DNA of 64,000 nt from an uncultured Nitrososphaerota archaeon (GCA_964618805.1 CAZUBM010000008.1:1-64000); one strand, 5' to 3'; shown: positions 19,435 through 30,893, counted from the stretch's first letter. Program-made: numbers and translations. Notes: generated by a model from the sequence alone, not told the origin.

Positions 19435-20796
19435 ATGCGAAATTTAAGAGAGGCACTTGAAATCTTAGAACGAAAAGGATTCCTGCTAAACATTGCAGAA
19501 CCAAGATCTGTGATCTACGAAATGGCTAGAGAACTAAAAGCAGAGGATGGAAGAAGGGCAGTCCTCTTTGAAAAACCACTCTTAAGCGACGGAAGTCTTA
19601 GCCCTATAAAGGTTGTTGGTGGCATTTGTAGCAACATTAACTTCATCTTGGAAGTTTTAGGGCTAAATACACGTAAAGAACTGAGAGAACTCCTTAGAAA
19701 AGCTATAAACAATCCCATAACACCGATGGAAACAGGAACTGCACCAGTTAAGGAGGTTGGTCTGGAAGAGTTTGATTTAAGAAAGGATTTACCGATTCTG
19801 AAGCATTATTCAGAGGAACCAGGTCCCTACATTACAACCGGCATAGTGATAGTTAAAGACGAGGAAGGCAAGTTTTCAGCATCTTACCACAGAATGACTC
19901 CCATATCCAAAAACAGGCTGGTTCTGAGAGCAGTCGAAGGAAGAAGGCTTCATAAGCTTATAACTAAAGCAGAGCATGAAGGAAAAGAGCTTGATGTTGC
20001 CGTAGCCATTGGAGTAGGCATAGGCATGCTAATAGCAGGTGCTACACCAGCAGAGAATAAGGATAAGCTCGGCATTGCGGGAGCAATCTCAGGAAGTCCT
20101 GTGAAGATCACGGATTGCGAAAAGGTCGAAGCTAAGATGCCAGCCGACGCAGAGATAGTTATGGAGGGCAAGATCCTGCCAAAGGTTAGGGAACCAGAAG
20201 GTCCATTTTACGAGATTCTTGGAAAGGACATTGTGCGTAAACAACCAGTTTTAGAAGTTTTGAAGATTTGGAGGAGAAAAGATGCCATATATCAAGCGCT
20301 TCTCCCAGCTGGAAAGGAGCACGAGATACTAATGGGACTACCCGTGGAGGCTCTATTGGAGGAGTCAGTCTCGAAAGTAGCAGAAGTCAGGAACCTCTGC
20401 ATGACTCCCGCAGGAGGAATGTGGGTTGAAGTAGCTATCAGCATTAAGAAGGAGAGGGATGGCCAGCCAACGCTAGTTGCACTAAATGCGATAGCTGCTC
20501 ACAAAAGCCTAAAGAGGGTTATAATTGTTGATGAAGACGTAAATGTAGAGAACTATGAAGAGGTGATGAAGGCAGTAGTTCAGAGAGCCGATCCATCTCT
20601 GGATTACAAAGTAATAACGGATATTTGGGGATCAAGCTTAGATCATAGCAACATCAGGTTCTTGGAGAGTAGGGGGGAGAAAGTACCTTTTACATTTCCC
20701 CAATCGAAAATTATAATAGACGCTACTATAAAAGGACCGAAGGAATTATTCGAGAGGCCGGAGATACCACCTTCTGGACATAAGTTGGAGGAGTGA
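19435..20796 (+). CDS. UbiD-family prFMN-dependent decarboxylase (possibly the anhydromevalonate phosphate decarboxylase of the archaeal mevalonate pathway)
   Basis: [50 protein letters not shown]. Confidence 0.85.
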   Translation: MRNLREALEILERKGFLLNIAEPRSVIYEMARELKAEDGRRAVLFEKPLLSDGSLSPIKVVGGICSNINFILEVLGLNTRKELRELLRKAINNPITPMETGTAPVKEVGLEEFDLRKDLPILKHYSEEPGPYITTGIVIVKDEEGKFSASYHRMTPISKNRLVLRAVEGRRLHKLITKAEHEGKELDVAVAIGVGIGMLIAGATPAENKDKLGIAGAISGSPVKITDCEKVEAKMPADAEIVMEGKILPKVREPEGPFYEILGKDIVRKQPVLEVLKIWRRKDAIYQALLPAGKEHEILMGLPVEALLEESVSKVAEVRNLCMTPAGGMWVEVAISIKKERDGQPTLVALNAIAAHKSLKRVIIVDEDVNVENYEEVMKAVVQRADPSLDYKVITDIWGSSLDHSNIRFLESRGEKVPFTFPQSKIIIDATIKGPKELFERPEIPPSGHKLEE

Positions 20797-21917
20797 AAGT
20801 GGCTAGGAAAGTAATAACTGGTATGCTCAAAACAAATGTTCACGATCACTGGCTCTACAGAGTCAGGATGCAAGAGTTGGAAAACTTGCTTTTAGCTCTT
20901 GGCTATAGCCCAGTCTATAGGGTGGTTCAGACGAGGAAATCTGCAACCGCAGCATACCTGTTCGGGCCCGGAAAAGTTGAGGAGATAAGCAAGAAGCTTA
21001 AGATGTATGATGCAGACCTATTCGCCGTTTACAACATATTAACGAGCAAGCAGAAGTGGAACTTGGAAAGGGCACTTGGTGTGGAGGTTCTGGACAGGTA
21101 TGAGGTTACGCTGAAGATATTCGAACAGGAGGCAAAGGACGTTCTTTCTAACCTTCAGATAAAACTTGCAATTCTTCAGAAATCTTTCCCTTACATAAAG
21201 TACAAAGCATCGGTCAGGTACAGGAGAATGAGAGCTGGTTTTAGAGGAGGAGGAGAGTACGCATATCACAAAGTCCTAAGAGCAGTTCAAAAGAGGATAA
21301 AGAAGACTAGAACCAAGATAGAAAGGCTGATGGAGATAAAGGAGGAGAGAATTCTGAGGAGGAAGGAGGAAGGGAGCATTGTCGTCCTTTCAGGCTACTA
21401 CAACGCAGGGAAAACCTCCTTATTCAATGCTCTAACTGGACTGGACAAGCCAGTGAGCGATGCTCCCTTTACTACGCTTTCTAGCAAGTACTCCTCTATC
21501 ATGGGAGGAAGGGTGTTTTTGGTTGATACAATCGGGTTCGTTATAGATCTAGATCCCAGGCTTTTCCACTCGTTTAAGCTGAACCTACTAGATCTGAAGT
21601 ATGCTGACGCCATAGTACTTGTTCTGGATGTTTCGGAGAAGGTAGAGCTCATAAAGCTGAAGCTAAGGGAGGGACTCTCCCTTATAAGGAGCCTCAGGGG
21701 CGAGACAAATTCCGTCTTTTTGGCTCTCAACAAGATAGATAAGCTGAATGAAGAGGAGTTATCCAGCAGAATTGAGAGTCTAGAGGAAGACTTAGGGGAT
21801 ATGCCCTATACAAAGGTTTCTGCTCTGACGGGCGAGGGCCTGGACGACCTTCTTAAGAAATTAGATAAGTTTCTAACTGTTACAAAAGGTGAAACGCTGA
21901 TCTTTGAAGAGTTATAA
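20793..21917 (+). CDS. hflX: GTPase HflX
   Basis: GPGKVEEI, VLDR, GGGE, GYYNAGKTS (G1), FTTL (G2), DTIGF (G3), NKID (G4), SALTG (G5). Confidence 0.88.
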   Translation: MKVARKVITGMLKTNVHDHWLYRVRMQELENLLLALGYSPVYRVVQTRKSATAAYLFGPGKVEEISKKLKMYDADLFAVYNILTSKQKWNLERALGVEVLDRYEVTLKIFEQEAKDVLSNLQIKLAILQKSFPYIKYKASVRYRRMRAGFRGGGEYAYHKVLRAVQKRIKKTRTKIERLMEIKEERILRRKEEGSIVVLSGYYNAGKTSLFNALTGLDKPVSDAPFTTLSSKYSSIMGGRVFLVDTIGFVIDLDPRLFHSFKLNLLDLKYADAIVLVLDVSEKVELIKLKLREGLSLIRSLRGETNSVFLALNKIDKLNEEELSSRIESLEEDLGDMPYTKVSALTGEGLDDLLKKLDKFLTVTKGETLIFEEL

Positions 21918-22025
21918 AGTTGTTGGCCTAAAGGGCACTTTGATAACTAAAATCAAAAAGTCACATACCGTCGTTCATGAGATAAAAGGTCCTGTAAGTA
22001 CAGAAGATTTGTCTGAGACTGCGGT

Positions 22026-22130
22026 TCGGATTTGATTATAGGAGCAACTGCAGAGGTTCACAGGTTAACGTTTGTAACCAGAAAGGTGAAACACTTTGAA
22101 GGGATGAAAATACCAATAAAGACGTATTGG
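22026..22130 (+). pseudogene. C-terminal fragment of a VapC/PIN toxin
   Basis: SDLIIGATAEVHRLTFVTRKVKHFEGM matches the PIN DxLIAATA..HxLxLVTRNxKHF motif; no intact 5' part. Confidence 0.65.
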
Positions 22131-22502
22131 TTATTTCTCATGCTCAAGAATGTCAAAGAAAAGGGTAGGATAAAATTCAAGCTCTAACTTCCATTTCAAT
22201 AATCTTATCCATACTTATCTAATTTATGTTTATGTTAATTTCTTACACGTTTTATTCATTAGCTTCCTTGCAAAAAGTACTAGGATAGAATAAAATAGAC
22301 TTTGCCATCATATGCAAGGAGCGTGTGAACAATCTGGACTAATGAGTCGTAATCTCATACAGCAACGTTCCAAAATGAAGAATTCGTAGATCAGATAAAT
22401 TTTTAACTGTTCCAAAAAATGAATATGTACCGAAATTTGAACAAATACTAAAGGATGCCTTGCAGTTCGTACCTTATGAGATGAAGTGAAGAGGCGACAT
22501 AT

Positions 22503-23135
22503 ATGGAGAATAAGAGCATGTTTACCGCTCAAGTAGCGGTTTTCGGCGCGATGGCAGGTATGCTATCCCTGATAAAGGCAGAAATTCCATTCCCTCTCCT
22601 ACCATACCTCAAATTTGATCTTGCAGAGATTCCCGACATTCTGGCCTTCATGATAATGGGTCCCCTTGGAGGAATGGTCACTTCAACGATTCACTGGCTG
22701 ATCCTGACCTTCAGGGCTGGATTTATTTTGGGGCCGTTTCTGAAGTACGCCGCAGTGGCCTCCACCATTCTGGGCTTTTGGGGAGGCATAGCTCTCAGGC
22801 GCAGGCTTCCAGGAAATCCATCTCTAAAGTCGTTTATGGCTATTGGTATGTTTTTGGGAGGAATTCTGAGGATAACAGCCATGTCAATAGCCAATTTCCT
22901 TGTTTTATGCGTGTTTTTCCCAGAGTGGATGTCCTTTGCAAAGGTATGCCTTGAAGCCATAGGGTTAGAGGTCAGCAGCGACTTTACAGCCCTCCTATGG
23001 ACTCTGCTATTAACCGCCGTATTCAACGCGATACACATCTTCCTTTCCGTGCTTCCTTCCTATGCATTGATCAAAACGATACTGAGGCTCAAGACTACCT
23101 TAGGCAGAGCTTGGATAGACGAGGTTATGAAATGA
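22503..23135 (+). CDS. ECF transporter S component (RibU/PanT-like)
   Basis: EIPFPLLPYLKFDLAEIP, MGPLGG, about six hydrophobic helices, VFNAIH. Confidence 0.8.
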   Translation: MENKSMFTAQVAVFGAMAGMLSLIKAEIPFPLLPYLKFDLAEIPDILAFMIMGPLGGMVTSTIHWLILTFRAGFILGPFLKYAAVASTILGFWGGIALRRRLPGNPSLKSFMAIGMFLGGILRITAMSIANFLVLCVFFPEWMSFAKVCLEAIGLEVSSDFTALLWTLLLTAVFNAIHIFLSVLPSYALIKTILRLKTTLGRAWIDEVMK

Positions 23136-23162
23136 GTACTATAGAAAAACTAAGCTATTAGG

Positions 23163-24050
23163 TCATATTTGTTGAAAAGCAATTAAATACCCAATTGATT
23201 TGTAAATTAGCTTAGCCAAAAGATAGGCGGCATCTTTCCTATTTACAACAGGACTAAACTCGACGAAATCCATTCCCACAACTCTTCTTGAAGATAATAC
23301 CTTCCTAAGCAATCTTGTCGTCGTATACCAATCGAAACCACCAGGCTCAGGAGTTCCGGTGCAGGGCATTATTGAAGGATCCAAGAAATCTACATCAAAG
23401 CTCAAATACACTGGGAACCCTTGAAATCTATCTAAAACCTCCATTAATTTGCCCTCTGGATTCTTCCTTGCTTCTAAAGCAGTTACAATAGCAATGTTCT
23501 CTTCTTCCTTGAGGAAATGGATCTCCTCTTCCCCTAATGATCTAACTCCATAAACAATTGCCCTTCCAGCAATCTCATAACATCTTCTCACTGTGCATGC
23601 GTGACTGTACCTGCTTCCTTCATATTCATCGTATAGATCGGCATGGGCGTCGAAGAAAAGGCATAAGAGATCATCATACTCCTGCTTGAGAGCCTCTACG
23701 CTTCCTATCGTTACTGTATGATCTCCGCCTAGAAGTATTGGAAACTTCCCCTTAGAGATCACCCACCTTATGGTCTCTCTTATCCTCTCCAGCGTTTTTT
23801 CTGCCGATGTCCTAACGGGTTCTACCTCCTCCATAGTCCAAATATCTCCAAAATTCCTTCCTAGCTCGATATCATAGTGCTCAAGGTACCTTGAGGCATC
23901 TATAACCTCAGAAGGGCCGAATCTTGCTCCCGGAAGCCATGTTGTGGAGGAATCATAGGGTATGGGAATGACCACAAACCTCGCCTCTTCAAACGAGCAG
24001 TTTATTCCAGCAAATACGCGACTAGGTCTTACGGGAATTCGTGTATTCAT
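23163..24050 (-). CDS. speB: Agmatinase
   Basis: PYDSSTT, GARFGP, GGDHT, DAHAD, SHAC, SFDVDFLDP, GTPEPGG. Confidence 0.92.
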   Translation of the reverse strand: MNTRIPVRPSRVFAGINCSFEEARFVVIPIPYDSSTTWLPGARFGPSEVIDASRYLEHYDIELGRNFGDIWTMEEVEPVRTSAEKTLERIRETIRWVISKGKFPILLGGDHTVTIGSVEALKQEYDDLLCLFFDAHADLYDEYEGSRYSHACTVRRCYEIAGRAIVYGVRSLGEEEIHFLKEEENIAIVTALEARKNPEGKLMEVLDRFQGFPVYLSFDVDFLDPSIMPCTGTPEPGGFDWYTTTRLLRKVLSSRRVVGMDFVEFSPVVNRKDAAYLLAKLIYKSIGYLIAFQQI

Positions 24051-24253
24051 AGCTTCAATTCACCCTCAGGACGTCTATTAAGGATAAAGCTTGATATTTT
24101 AAGTATCCTAATGTTCGCTTTAAGCCAGAAAGAGGCAATAGATCAACTAAAGCTTTTTCTAAGGGACAATCTGCTTAAAGCGGTAAAGTTTTAAATTACT
24201 TCCCGAGAGGAAGCTGGGCTCCAATACTTAGCCCATGAATGAGGTGAAACGAT

Positions 24254-24490
24254 ATGTCAGCTGGTCGTGTAGGAGTTCCTATGACAGATAGAATCCTAGA
24301 ATTTCTAGAGGAGCGAAATCCAGGCTTTAAGGTAGCCGTATGGCGCATATTCTATCCAATGAGGGACGATGAACCCATAGAGGTTGCAGTAAAGCCAGGT
24401 ACTCTCTCAGGAGAGGTTCTCGAATTAACCTTCGATGATAGAACTATCATCGTGAAAGAAGAGCCAAAGCCCGCTAGAAGAGGCGAGTAA
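24254..24490 (+). CDS. Small hypothetical protein (78 aa)
   Basis: Strong GAGGTGA SD, upstream TTTTAAAT TATA-like box near 24189, downstream pyrimidine/T-rich terminator; no family recognised. Confidence 0.7.
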   Translation: MSAGRVGVPMTDRILEFLEERNPGFKVAVWRIFYPMRDDEPIEVAVKPGTLSGEVLELTFDDRTIIVKEEPKPARRGE

Positions 24491-24571
24491 AACACAGCTC
24501 CTAGTGCCGGAGCCCTCGCTCCTCTCCTCTTTTTACTCTTTAAAGATTAGTTAAAAATATTAATCATATCA

Positions 24572-24877
24572 TTGGTTGATACTTGGGTGTTTGTGCTGAC
24601 GGAAAGGTCGCAGGAGAAGGTTCCTATTATTATTCCTGTTTCCCGTCCTTCTGAAGGAGCTGCAGGGAAGACAGGTCTTTGGAGAGTATTCAAACCAATC
24701 ATAGACAGAGATAAATGTACAAAATGCTTTATGTGTTGGCTTGTTTGCCCTGAAGAAGCCATAAAAGAAGGGAAAAATGGATTTCCGGAGATAGATTATA
24801 CTTATTGCAAGGGTTGTGGTGTCTGCTCAGATAATTGTCCTGTAGGAGCTATTTCGCTTGTTAAGGAGGAGGAATAA
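24572..24877 (+). CDS. porD: 2-oxoacid (pyruvate):ferredoxin oxidoreductase delta subunit
   Basis: GKTGLWRVFKP, CTKCFMCWLVCPE, YCKGCGVCSDNCP; the true start may be slightly downstream. Confidence 0.9.
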   Translation: MVDTWVFVLTERSQEKVPIIIPVSRPSEGAAGKTGLWRVFKPIIDRDKCTKCFMCWLVCPEEAIKEGKNGFPEIDYTYCKGCGVCSDNCPVGAISLVKEEE

Positions 24878-24879
24878 AG

Positions 24880-26100
24880 ATGATTGCTAAAAGAGAGGGA
24901 AAGAAAAAGGAAGCTGGAGAGTGGAAGATCCTTACTGGAAATCACGCCGTATCATATGCTGCAAAATTAGCCAGAGTTCAAGTAATACCCGCTTATCCCA
25001 TAACTCCTCAGACAACGATAGTTGAGCTTATCTCTGAGCTGATTGCTTCCGGAGAAATGAGAGCTAGGATGATAAGGGTAGAAAGTGAGCACAGCGCGAT
25101 GGCTGCTGCTATAGGAGCTTCAGCTGTTGGTGCAAGGGTTTTTACGGCAACAGCTAGTCAAGGATTGCTTTTGATGCATGAAATGCTTCACTGGGCCTCT
25201 GGTTCTAGGACTCCGATCGGGATGGCCGTAGTTAACAGGGCATTGGGGCCTCCTTGGAACATACACCCAGATCATCAAGATGCAATCTCTCAAAGGGATA
25301 CTGGTTGGATAATTTCATTTGTTTCTTCTAATCAGGAAGCTTTAGATACCGTGATAACCCTCTACAAGGTTGCTGAGCATCCAGAAGTTCTCCTTCCTTT
25401 TATGGTTTGTCTCGATGGGTTTGTACTAAGCCACACATACATGCCCGTTTATCTTCCTCCTCAAGAAGAAGTTGACAGGTTTCTGCCTCCCTATAAGCCT
25501 CCTCATTGGAAGCTAGATCCGTCAAATCCGATCTCTTTCGGGCCTCTGGTACTTCCAGATCAACCATACCAAGAAATGAGATGGTCCATACATAAATCTA
25601 TGAAAAAAGCCTTGTATCTCTTCGAAAAGTATAGCAAAGAATATGGAGATCTCTTCGAGCTTTATCACGGGGGAGCTATCAAAAAATATAGGGTTGAAGA
25701 TGCTGATTACTTGGTTGTCGCTTCTGGAACGCTGGCTTCAGAGGCAGAAGTTGCAATAGATGAGATGAGAGAAAGTGGAAGAAGCGTGGGGCTTATAAAA
25801 ATAAGACTTTACAGACCATTCCCTTCAGAGGAGATTAAAAGGGAGCTAGAAGGCAAGAAAGGGGCGATAGTTATAGATAGAAGCATTTCTTTTGGTTTCT
25901 CTGGACCAATAGCTGGGGACATTAGGGCTACCCTACATTCATATGGTCTAGACACACCAGTCGTGGCTTACGTAACTGGACTTGGAGGTAGGGACATAAC
26001 ATTCCATGACATTGAAAACATGATTTCGAAAGGAATTTCTCTCATAGAAGAGGGGAAGACGCCGCTGATTCTGTGGCATAAAATGAGGGAGGGATTCTGA
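24880..26100 (+). CDS. porA: 2-oxoacid (pyruvate):ferredoxin oxidoreductase alpha subunit
   Basis: [43 protein letters not shown]. Confidence 0.92.
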   Translation: MIAKREGKKKEAGEWKILTGNHAVSYAAKLARVQVIPAYPITPQTTIVELISELIASGEMRARMIRVESEHSAMAAAIGASAVGARVFTATASQGLLLMHEMLHWASGSRTPIGMAVVNRALGPPWNIHPDHQDAISQRDTGWIISFVSSNQEALDTVITLYKVAEHPEVLLPFMVCLDGFVLSHTYMPVYLPPQEEVDRFLPPYKPPHWKLDPSNPISFGPLVLPDQPYQEMRWSIHKSMKKALYLFEKYSKEYGDLFELYHGGAIKKYRVEDADYLVVASGTLASEAEVAIDEMRESGRSVGLIKIRLYRPFPSEEIKRELEGKKGAIVIDRSISFGFSGPIAGDIRATLHSYGLDTPVVAYVTGLGGRDITFHDIENMISKGISLIEEGKTPLILWHKMREGF

Positions 26101-28586
26101 TGGTAGTAAGGTTAATTGATCTCAGAAAAGAGAGCAGATATCTTTTACCAGGTTCGGCAGCTTGTCCAGGCTGTGGTCTAGCAATAGCCTTCAGGATAGT
26201 CTCAAAGGTTCTAGGAAAGAACACGATTTACTTCATCCCAGCCTGTTGCACAAGCGTCATCCAAGCTCCTTATCCAAAGAGTGCCTTTAACGTTCCTGTC
26301 TACAATGTTGCTTTCATGGCTGCAGCTGCGGCTGCATCTGGTGCTGTGGAGGGATTGAAAGCGCTTGGAAAAAAGGACGTGCAAGTTGTGGTTTGGGCTG
26401 GAGATGGAGGAACTGTCGACATAGGTATACAGGGCCTTTCAGGGGCTTTCGAGAGGAACCACAACTTCATATATGTTTGTCTTCATCCAGACACTGAAAT
26501 AGTATTAGGAGACGGATCCATCATAAAGATAGGCGACTTCGTTGACGAAGCCCTCCAAAAAGGGCCAAAGAACATAAAATCTGGAATTGAGAGCGTTCCG
26601 GTTGAGGGCTATATTCTATCTTGGGATGGGGGCAAGTTCCTTTCGAAGAGAGTTATCTATGCACAGAGAAAAGCTGCTCCAAAGGAGATGATTAGGGTAG
26701 TCACATGTTCAGGTTCTGATATAACCCTAACTAAAGAACACAAGGTTCTGGTTGATAGTCCAGACGGTCCAATATGGAAAAGAGCTGGAGAACTCAAGTC
26801 TGGAGACAGGGTTTTTGCCCCAAGAAAGATCAATGTGGCACCAAATGATCCACCTTACATACTTGATCTAATCTTAGAAGCGCTAGGTGAAAGAGTGGGG
26901 ATTCATGTTCCTGTAGGTCTTAAGAAGGAGCTGAAGGATAGGCTAATGAATCAGTTCTGCACCTTAAAAGAAGCCTCTGCTAAACTCAAAATAAAGCTGT
27001 GGCAACTAAATGAAAGATCCAGACCTATCACCTTAGCAGATCTCAAGAAGATATGTGATGCTACTGGATATAGCTGGACTAAGGTGTGCGAGAAAGTGGA
27101 CACAATAATTGTTAAAGGAGGAGGTAAGCTAACATTAGCTAAGCCCACTTTAAACAAAGATCTATGTTATCTTCTTGGTCTGCTAGCTGCTGATGGAAGT
27201 TTTGATAAGAAATCCTATAGAATAGCATTTGTTAGCAAAGAACAAGCATTATTAGAGGAATTTAGGCGCATATACGAGGAAGCCTTTAGAGGAAGGGATA
27301 TATTGGTCGTTGCTTCAGATGGAGGCGCAACTTATTACATCGCCTCCAACCCAGCCATATGGGCATTGTCAAAGGCCTTAGGAATAAAATCCGACCCCAA
27401 GAGGATTCTAAAGTTACCTGACGATTTGTTAGCATCGTTCATTCAAGGGTTCTTTGATGGAGACGGCTGTGCGGCAATCACCGATCGCGGATACACTAAG
27501 GAGGTGAGAATAATACTCTCAACTACAAACAAGATAATAGGTAAGAGGCTAAAGATGATGCTTCAGAGACTAGGTATAGCGAGTTCGATGCTTCATGCGA
27601 GAAGATATGACGTGATTGTGTACTCTAACGAAGATGTTTTGAACTTTATAAAACGGATAGGAACCAGGAGTCCCAATAAGATGGCTAGGTTTAAGGAGAT
27701 CCAACGCATCTTAGAAAGAAAGTCGCGAGGCCGCAAGTTTGATCTAGCTCCAGCAGTCTGTGCGAGGATTCTAGGAGAACTTTGCTCCAAATACAACATT
27801 ACTCCATCGGTAGTTGATAAAAACCTTGTACAAATAATAAGAGGAAGCAGAAAAATGACCAAACGAAAGTGTTATGAGATCTTATCAAAACTTCCAATAA
27901 ATGAAGAAGATCCTCTTGTAAAGAAGCTGAAAGCTCTGATTAGCGATAAGTTCTATTTGGATGAAATAAAAATAGTCGAAAAGGTCAAAGCCAACGTAAA
28001 ACATGTATACGATGTTACGGTTCAGGATACACATGCTTTCGTCCCTGAGGGTGCGTTTGTGATAAGCAACTGCTACGACAATGAGGCCTACATGAATACC
28101 GGTATCCAGAAGTCGGGCTCAACGCCCTTCGGTGCTTGGACAACAACTACTCCTAGAGGAAGAATTGGAATGAAGAAGAACATGCCCTTTATAGTAGCAT
28201 CACACGGGGCTCCCTATGTTGCTACAGCTAGCATTGGCTACCCGTTAGATTTAGCTAACAAGATCGAGAAGGCTAAGAGGATAGAAGGCCCTAAGTACAT
28301 ACACATACTCTCACCATGTCCTCCAGGCTGGAGATTTCCCATGGATAAAACGATTAAGATTGGAAAGTTGGCAGTTGACTCCTATATATGGCCTCTTTAT
28401 GAGATAGAATATGGAAGACTTCGATTAACCATGAAACCAAAGAGGATTCCCGTTGAAGATTATCTAAAACTTCAGGGTAGGTTTAGAAACTTATCCCCTG
28501 AGGATATCGAGAAAATAAAGCGGATGGTGGACGAACAGTGGGAAATATTGCAGAAATTAGAATCCATTGGGAAAATATTCTTGTGA
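26100..28586 (+). CDS. porB: 2-oxoacid (pyruvate):ferredoxin oxidoreductase beta subunit containing an intein
   Basis: [15 protein letters not shown], then the intein, then [32 protein letters not shown]; the 297-aa extein length is normal for PorB. Confidence 0.92.
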   Translation: MVVRLIDLRKESRYLLPGSAACPGCGLAIAFRIVSKVLGKNTIYFIPACCTSVIQAPYPKSAFNVPVYNVAFMAAAAAASGAVEGLKALGKKDVQVVVWAGDGGTVDIGIQGLSGAFERNHNFIYVCLHPDTEIVLGDGSIIKIGDFVDEALQKGPKNIKSGIESVPVEGYILSWDGGKFLSKRVIYAQRKAAPKEMIRVVTCSGSDITLTKEHKVLVDSPDGPIWKRAGELKSGDRVFAPRKINVAPNDPPYILDLILEALGERVGIHVPVGLKKELKDRLMNQFCTLKEASAKLKIKLWQLNERSRPITLADLKKICDATGYSWTKVCEKVDTIIVKGGGKLTLAKPTLNKDLCYLLGLLAADGSFDKKSYRIAFVSKEQALLEEFRRIYEEAFRGRDILVVASDGGATYYIASNPAIWALSKALGIKSDPKRILKLPDDLLASFIQGFFDGDGCAAITDRGYTKEVRIILSTTNKIIGKRLKMMLQRLGIASSMLHARRYDVIVYSNEDVLNFIKRIGTRSPNKMARFKEIQRILERKSRGRKFDLAPAVCARILGELCSKYNITPSVVDKNLVQIIRGSRKMTKRKCYEILSKLPINEEDPLVKKLKALISDKFYLDEIKIVEKVKANVKHVYDVTVQDTHAFVPEGAFVISNCYDNEAYMNTGIQKSGSTPFGAWTTTTPRGRIGMKKNMPFIVASHGAPYVATASIGYPLDLANKIEKAKRIEGPKYIHILSPCPPGWRFPMDKTIKIGKLAVDSYIWPLYEIEYGRLRLTMKPKRIPVEDYLKLQGRFRNLSPEDIEKIKRMVDEQWEILQKLESIGKIFL
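26478..28070 (+). mobile_element. Intein (531 aa) with LAGLIDADG homing endonuclease in porB
   Basis: Block [10 protein letters not shown], block [19 protein letters not shown] blocks LLGLLAADG and [10 protein letters not shown], block [11 protein letters not shown], block F VYDVTV, C-terminus VISN followed by +1 Cys. Confidence 0.92.
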
Positions 28587-28598
28587 GCAGTTCATGAG

Positions 28599-30218
28599 CT
28601 ACTTTACATCCGTCTCCACTAAAGGAAGCTCCTCAGCACTTTCTTTTCTAAAGTGCTTTGCAAGCAGGCTTAGTATGATGCCCATGATAAAGGCTATAAC
28701 AATTATCAAGAAAATTGGCCCAAACATTAGTAGAAACTCAGCATCCTCAACGCATTTCATTGCTTCGCTAACCCTTCCTTCCTTAAACAAACTCTTAGCA
28801 TGGCTTAGTTGAATGCGAGCTATCCAGTTAAATGGGTTGTATCTAAATCCTTTGTTAGCCTTCGCTTTTACCTGTAATATCCTGCTCTCGATTGAAGGTT
28901 TGATCTCAAACCCCCATTGCTTGAATATTGGGCTCAGATCTTCGCCAGCGGCTTGACTTAAATATAGCACAAAGATGTCCATAGAATCCACTTCTACGCC
29001 TTCCTCCGTAACAGCTTCGAAGAATTTATCGAACAGATTTATTCCACCATATCTCTCCCCTAACGTGTAAATCAGGTAAAGGCTGGCAGCATAGTAAGGT
29101 CTTGGATCTGGTGGAGGACCACCACCTCTCCATCCGACCAGAAAACCAAAATCTTCAAGCTGCTCTCCGACCTGCTTAGCTGTTTCTGTTTCATCTAGAC
29201 CCAGTTTTACTCCCTTCTCCTTAAGAAGCTTAATGGCCAAGTAGTTTGCTAAGCCTTCATGGACCCATCTAAGCTGAGTTGATAATCCTGCTTGACCCAT
29301 ATACTGGTGAAATAGTTCGTGTAGAAGCGTCTCCTCCAGAGTCCCTTCAGGCATTCTAATGACTATCATGTTAATGTAGACGTGTTGAAGCTCGAACCTT
29401 TCTTCAGCCTTTATTCTTTCAGTTAATCTAGTATACCCTAAGGTGTACAACTCTTCAACATCTTCTGGAACGAACAATTCTAAAGTTATGTTTATCTCCG
29501 GCTGATTTGTGATGTCCATAATCCTTTGGATGAACATCCTATAAGCTGATGTGATATTTTCAGCTACATCGACGTATCTGCTTGGACACTTGATCTTAAG
29601 CTTTCCCTCATAAATTTCAGTAAATTCAGCAGCTGGAACATCAAATGAAATTAAAACCCTGACTAGATGGCCATTATAATCTTCAGAATCGAAGAAAAGA
29701 AGCCTTCTATTCCTAATAATGCTTTCTTGCCGGAAGTTGTTTTGTTGGATCTCCTTTTCTGTGGATAAGAATATGTTCTCTATTTGATAGCTAGCAGAGA
29801 GATTAACAATTATCTTGGTATGATAATCGGGAGAATATCCTATTGCTGTTGAAAAGAAAACACCCTTGGGCTCAACTATTAAGGCTCCAAACCTGTAGCT
29901 CCAATTTATTTCTAAATAAGCATCTGAGACGAAATCAAACGTAAAATTGTAGTAGAAGTAATAAGTTGAGTTCTCAAGGGAGCTATTGGAAATTCCAATG
30001 AGCTTGATGTCATACTCATGGAATTTTGGAACTAGAAGCCAAGCGTGACCGGCCTCTTTGGATGTGAAATTAATGTATATATCTATCCATCCATCTTCGT
30101 GCACCGTGAAAAGGTAGGTAAACCCGCTATCTTCTCCGCGTTCTTGTGCTTTAACTCCTAAAGAATTTCCCATTAAAATAAGCAAAATTAGAGATAAAGC
30201 GAACAGAATCCTCCTCAT
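28599..30218 (-). CDS. Exported, membrane-anchored gluzincin (M1/MA-like) metallopeptidase
   Basis: Signal peptide MRRILFALSLILL, LLHELFHQY...WVHEGLANY zinc motif, C-terminal TM helix; start placed at ATG 30218. Confidence 0.75.
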   Translation of the reverse strand: MRRILFALSLILLILMGNSLGVKAQERGEDSGFTYLFTVHEDGWIDIYINFTSKEAGHAWLLVPKFHEYDIKLIGISNSSLENSTYYFYYNFTFDFVSDAYLEINWSYRFGALIVEPKGVFFSTAIGYSPDYHTKIIVNLSASYQIENIFLSTEKEIQQNNFRQESIIRNRRLLFFDSEDYNGHLVRVLISFDVPAAEFTEIYEGKLKIKCPSRYVDVAENITSAYRMFIQRIMDITNQPEINITLELFVPEDVEELYTLGYTRLTERIKAEERFELQHVYINMIVIRMPEGTLEETLLHELFHQYMGQAGLSTQLRWVHEGLANYLAIKLLKEKGVKLGLDETETAKQVGEQLEDFGFLVGWRGGGPPPDPRPYYAASLYLIYTLGERYGGINLFDKFFEAVTEEGVEVDSMDIFVLYLSQAAGEDLSPIFKQWGFEIKPSIESRILQVKAKANKGFRYNPFNWIARIQLSHAKSLFKEGRVSEAMKCVEDAEFLLMFGPIFLIIVIAFIMGIILSLLAKHFRKESAEELPLVETDVK

Positions 30219-30231
30219 ATCTTGCTCTTGC

Positions 30232-30594
30232 TTACATGGCATATTCGTTATTAAACTCTTTGGCTGGCAGAGATATTAGATAAGCGTTGGCCATCTGTTC
30301 TCTCTGTAGCATCTCCCATATTGCTCTAGCGTATATCTCTGTCTTATCTTCTTCTGTGAGAATGGCCTTTCCAGCCATTATCTGCTCCTTAAGGTACTTT
30401 ACAGGATCCTCTCCCCTTGCCCTTATTATCTCCCTCAATATGTCCTCAAGAGTTGCTTTAGGTTTGGGAAATATTCGAAGGTTTGCCGCTGCATAGATGG
30501 AGCGCAGGAACTCGATCCCTTTCATCCGAGTGTCTTGGTAAGTGCTTAGCTTATAATCCATCATGTATTCGATGTAGCGCGCGCTCTTTCTCAA
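30232..30594 (-). pseudogene. C-terminal fragment of a tyrosine recombinase/integrase
   Basis: YIEYMMDYKLSTYQDTRMKGIEFLRSIY resembles the archaeal integrase box II YIEYMMGH..STY; GH is lost and the N-terminal part is absent. Confidence 0.6.
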
Positions 30595-30665
30595 CCGACC
30601 GTAAGATGTCTATGTCCGCATTAGGAGAAACTTCTTTGATAGAAGGAGATGGCAGATACTTGAGT

Positions 30666-30893
30666 TCAGTTTTTAATTTCAGGATTTATAAAACCGGATT
30701 CACTAAAGATATGGAGCATTTCTAGATTTTTAAGTCCCTTTTTACAAGGAGGAGGCTTGTTGTCCTTTGCAAGGTTAATCTCATACAATACAACATCCGG
30801 TATGATTATCCTAAAATGATAGATGCTTATACACTCTTCGAGAGAGGCAATTATCTCATTAATAGATACACATGCATCTTTCCCGCCACACAA
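30666..30893 (-). pseudogene. Possible degraded PIN-domain fragment
   Basis: FRIIIPDVVLYEI resembles the PIN strand-helix motif; the rest is not recognisable. Confidence 0.25.

Noticed and set aside
22180-22502. FMN or other vitamin riboswitch upstream of the ECF S component
   Set aside because: The region is AT-rich and lacks recognisable FMN/TPP consensus segments or stable stems.
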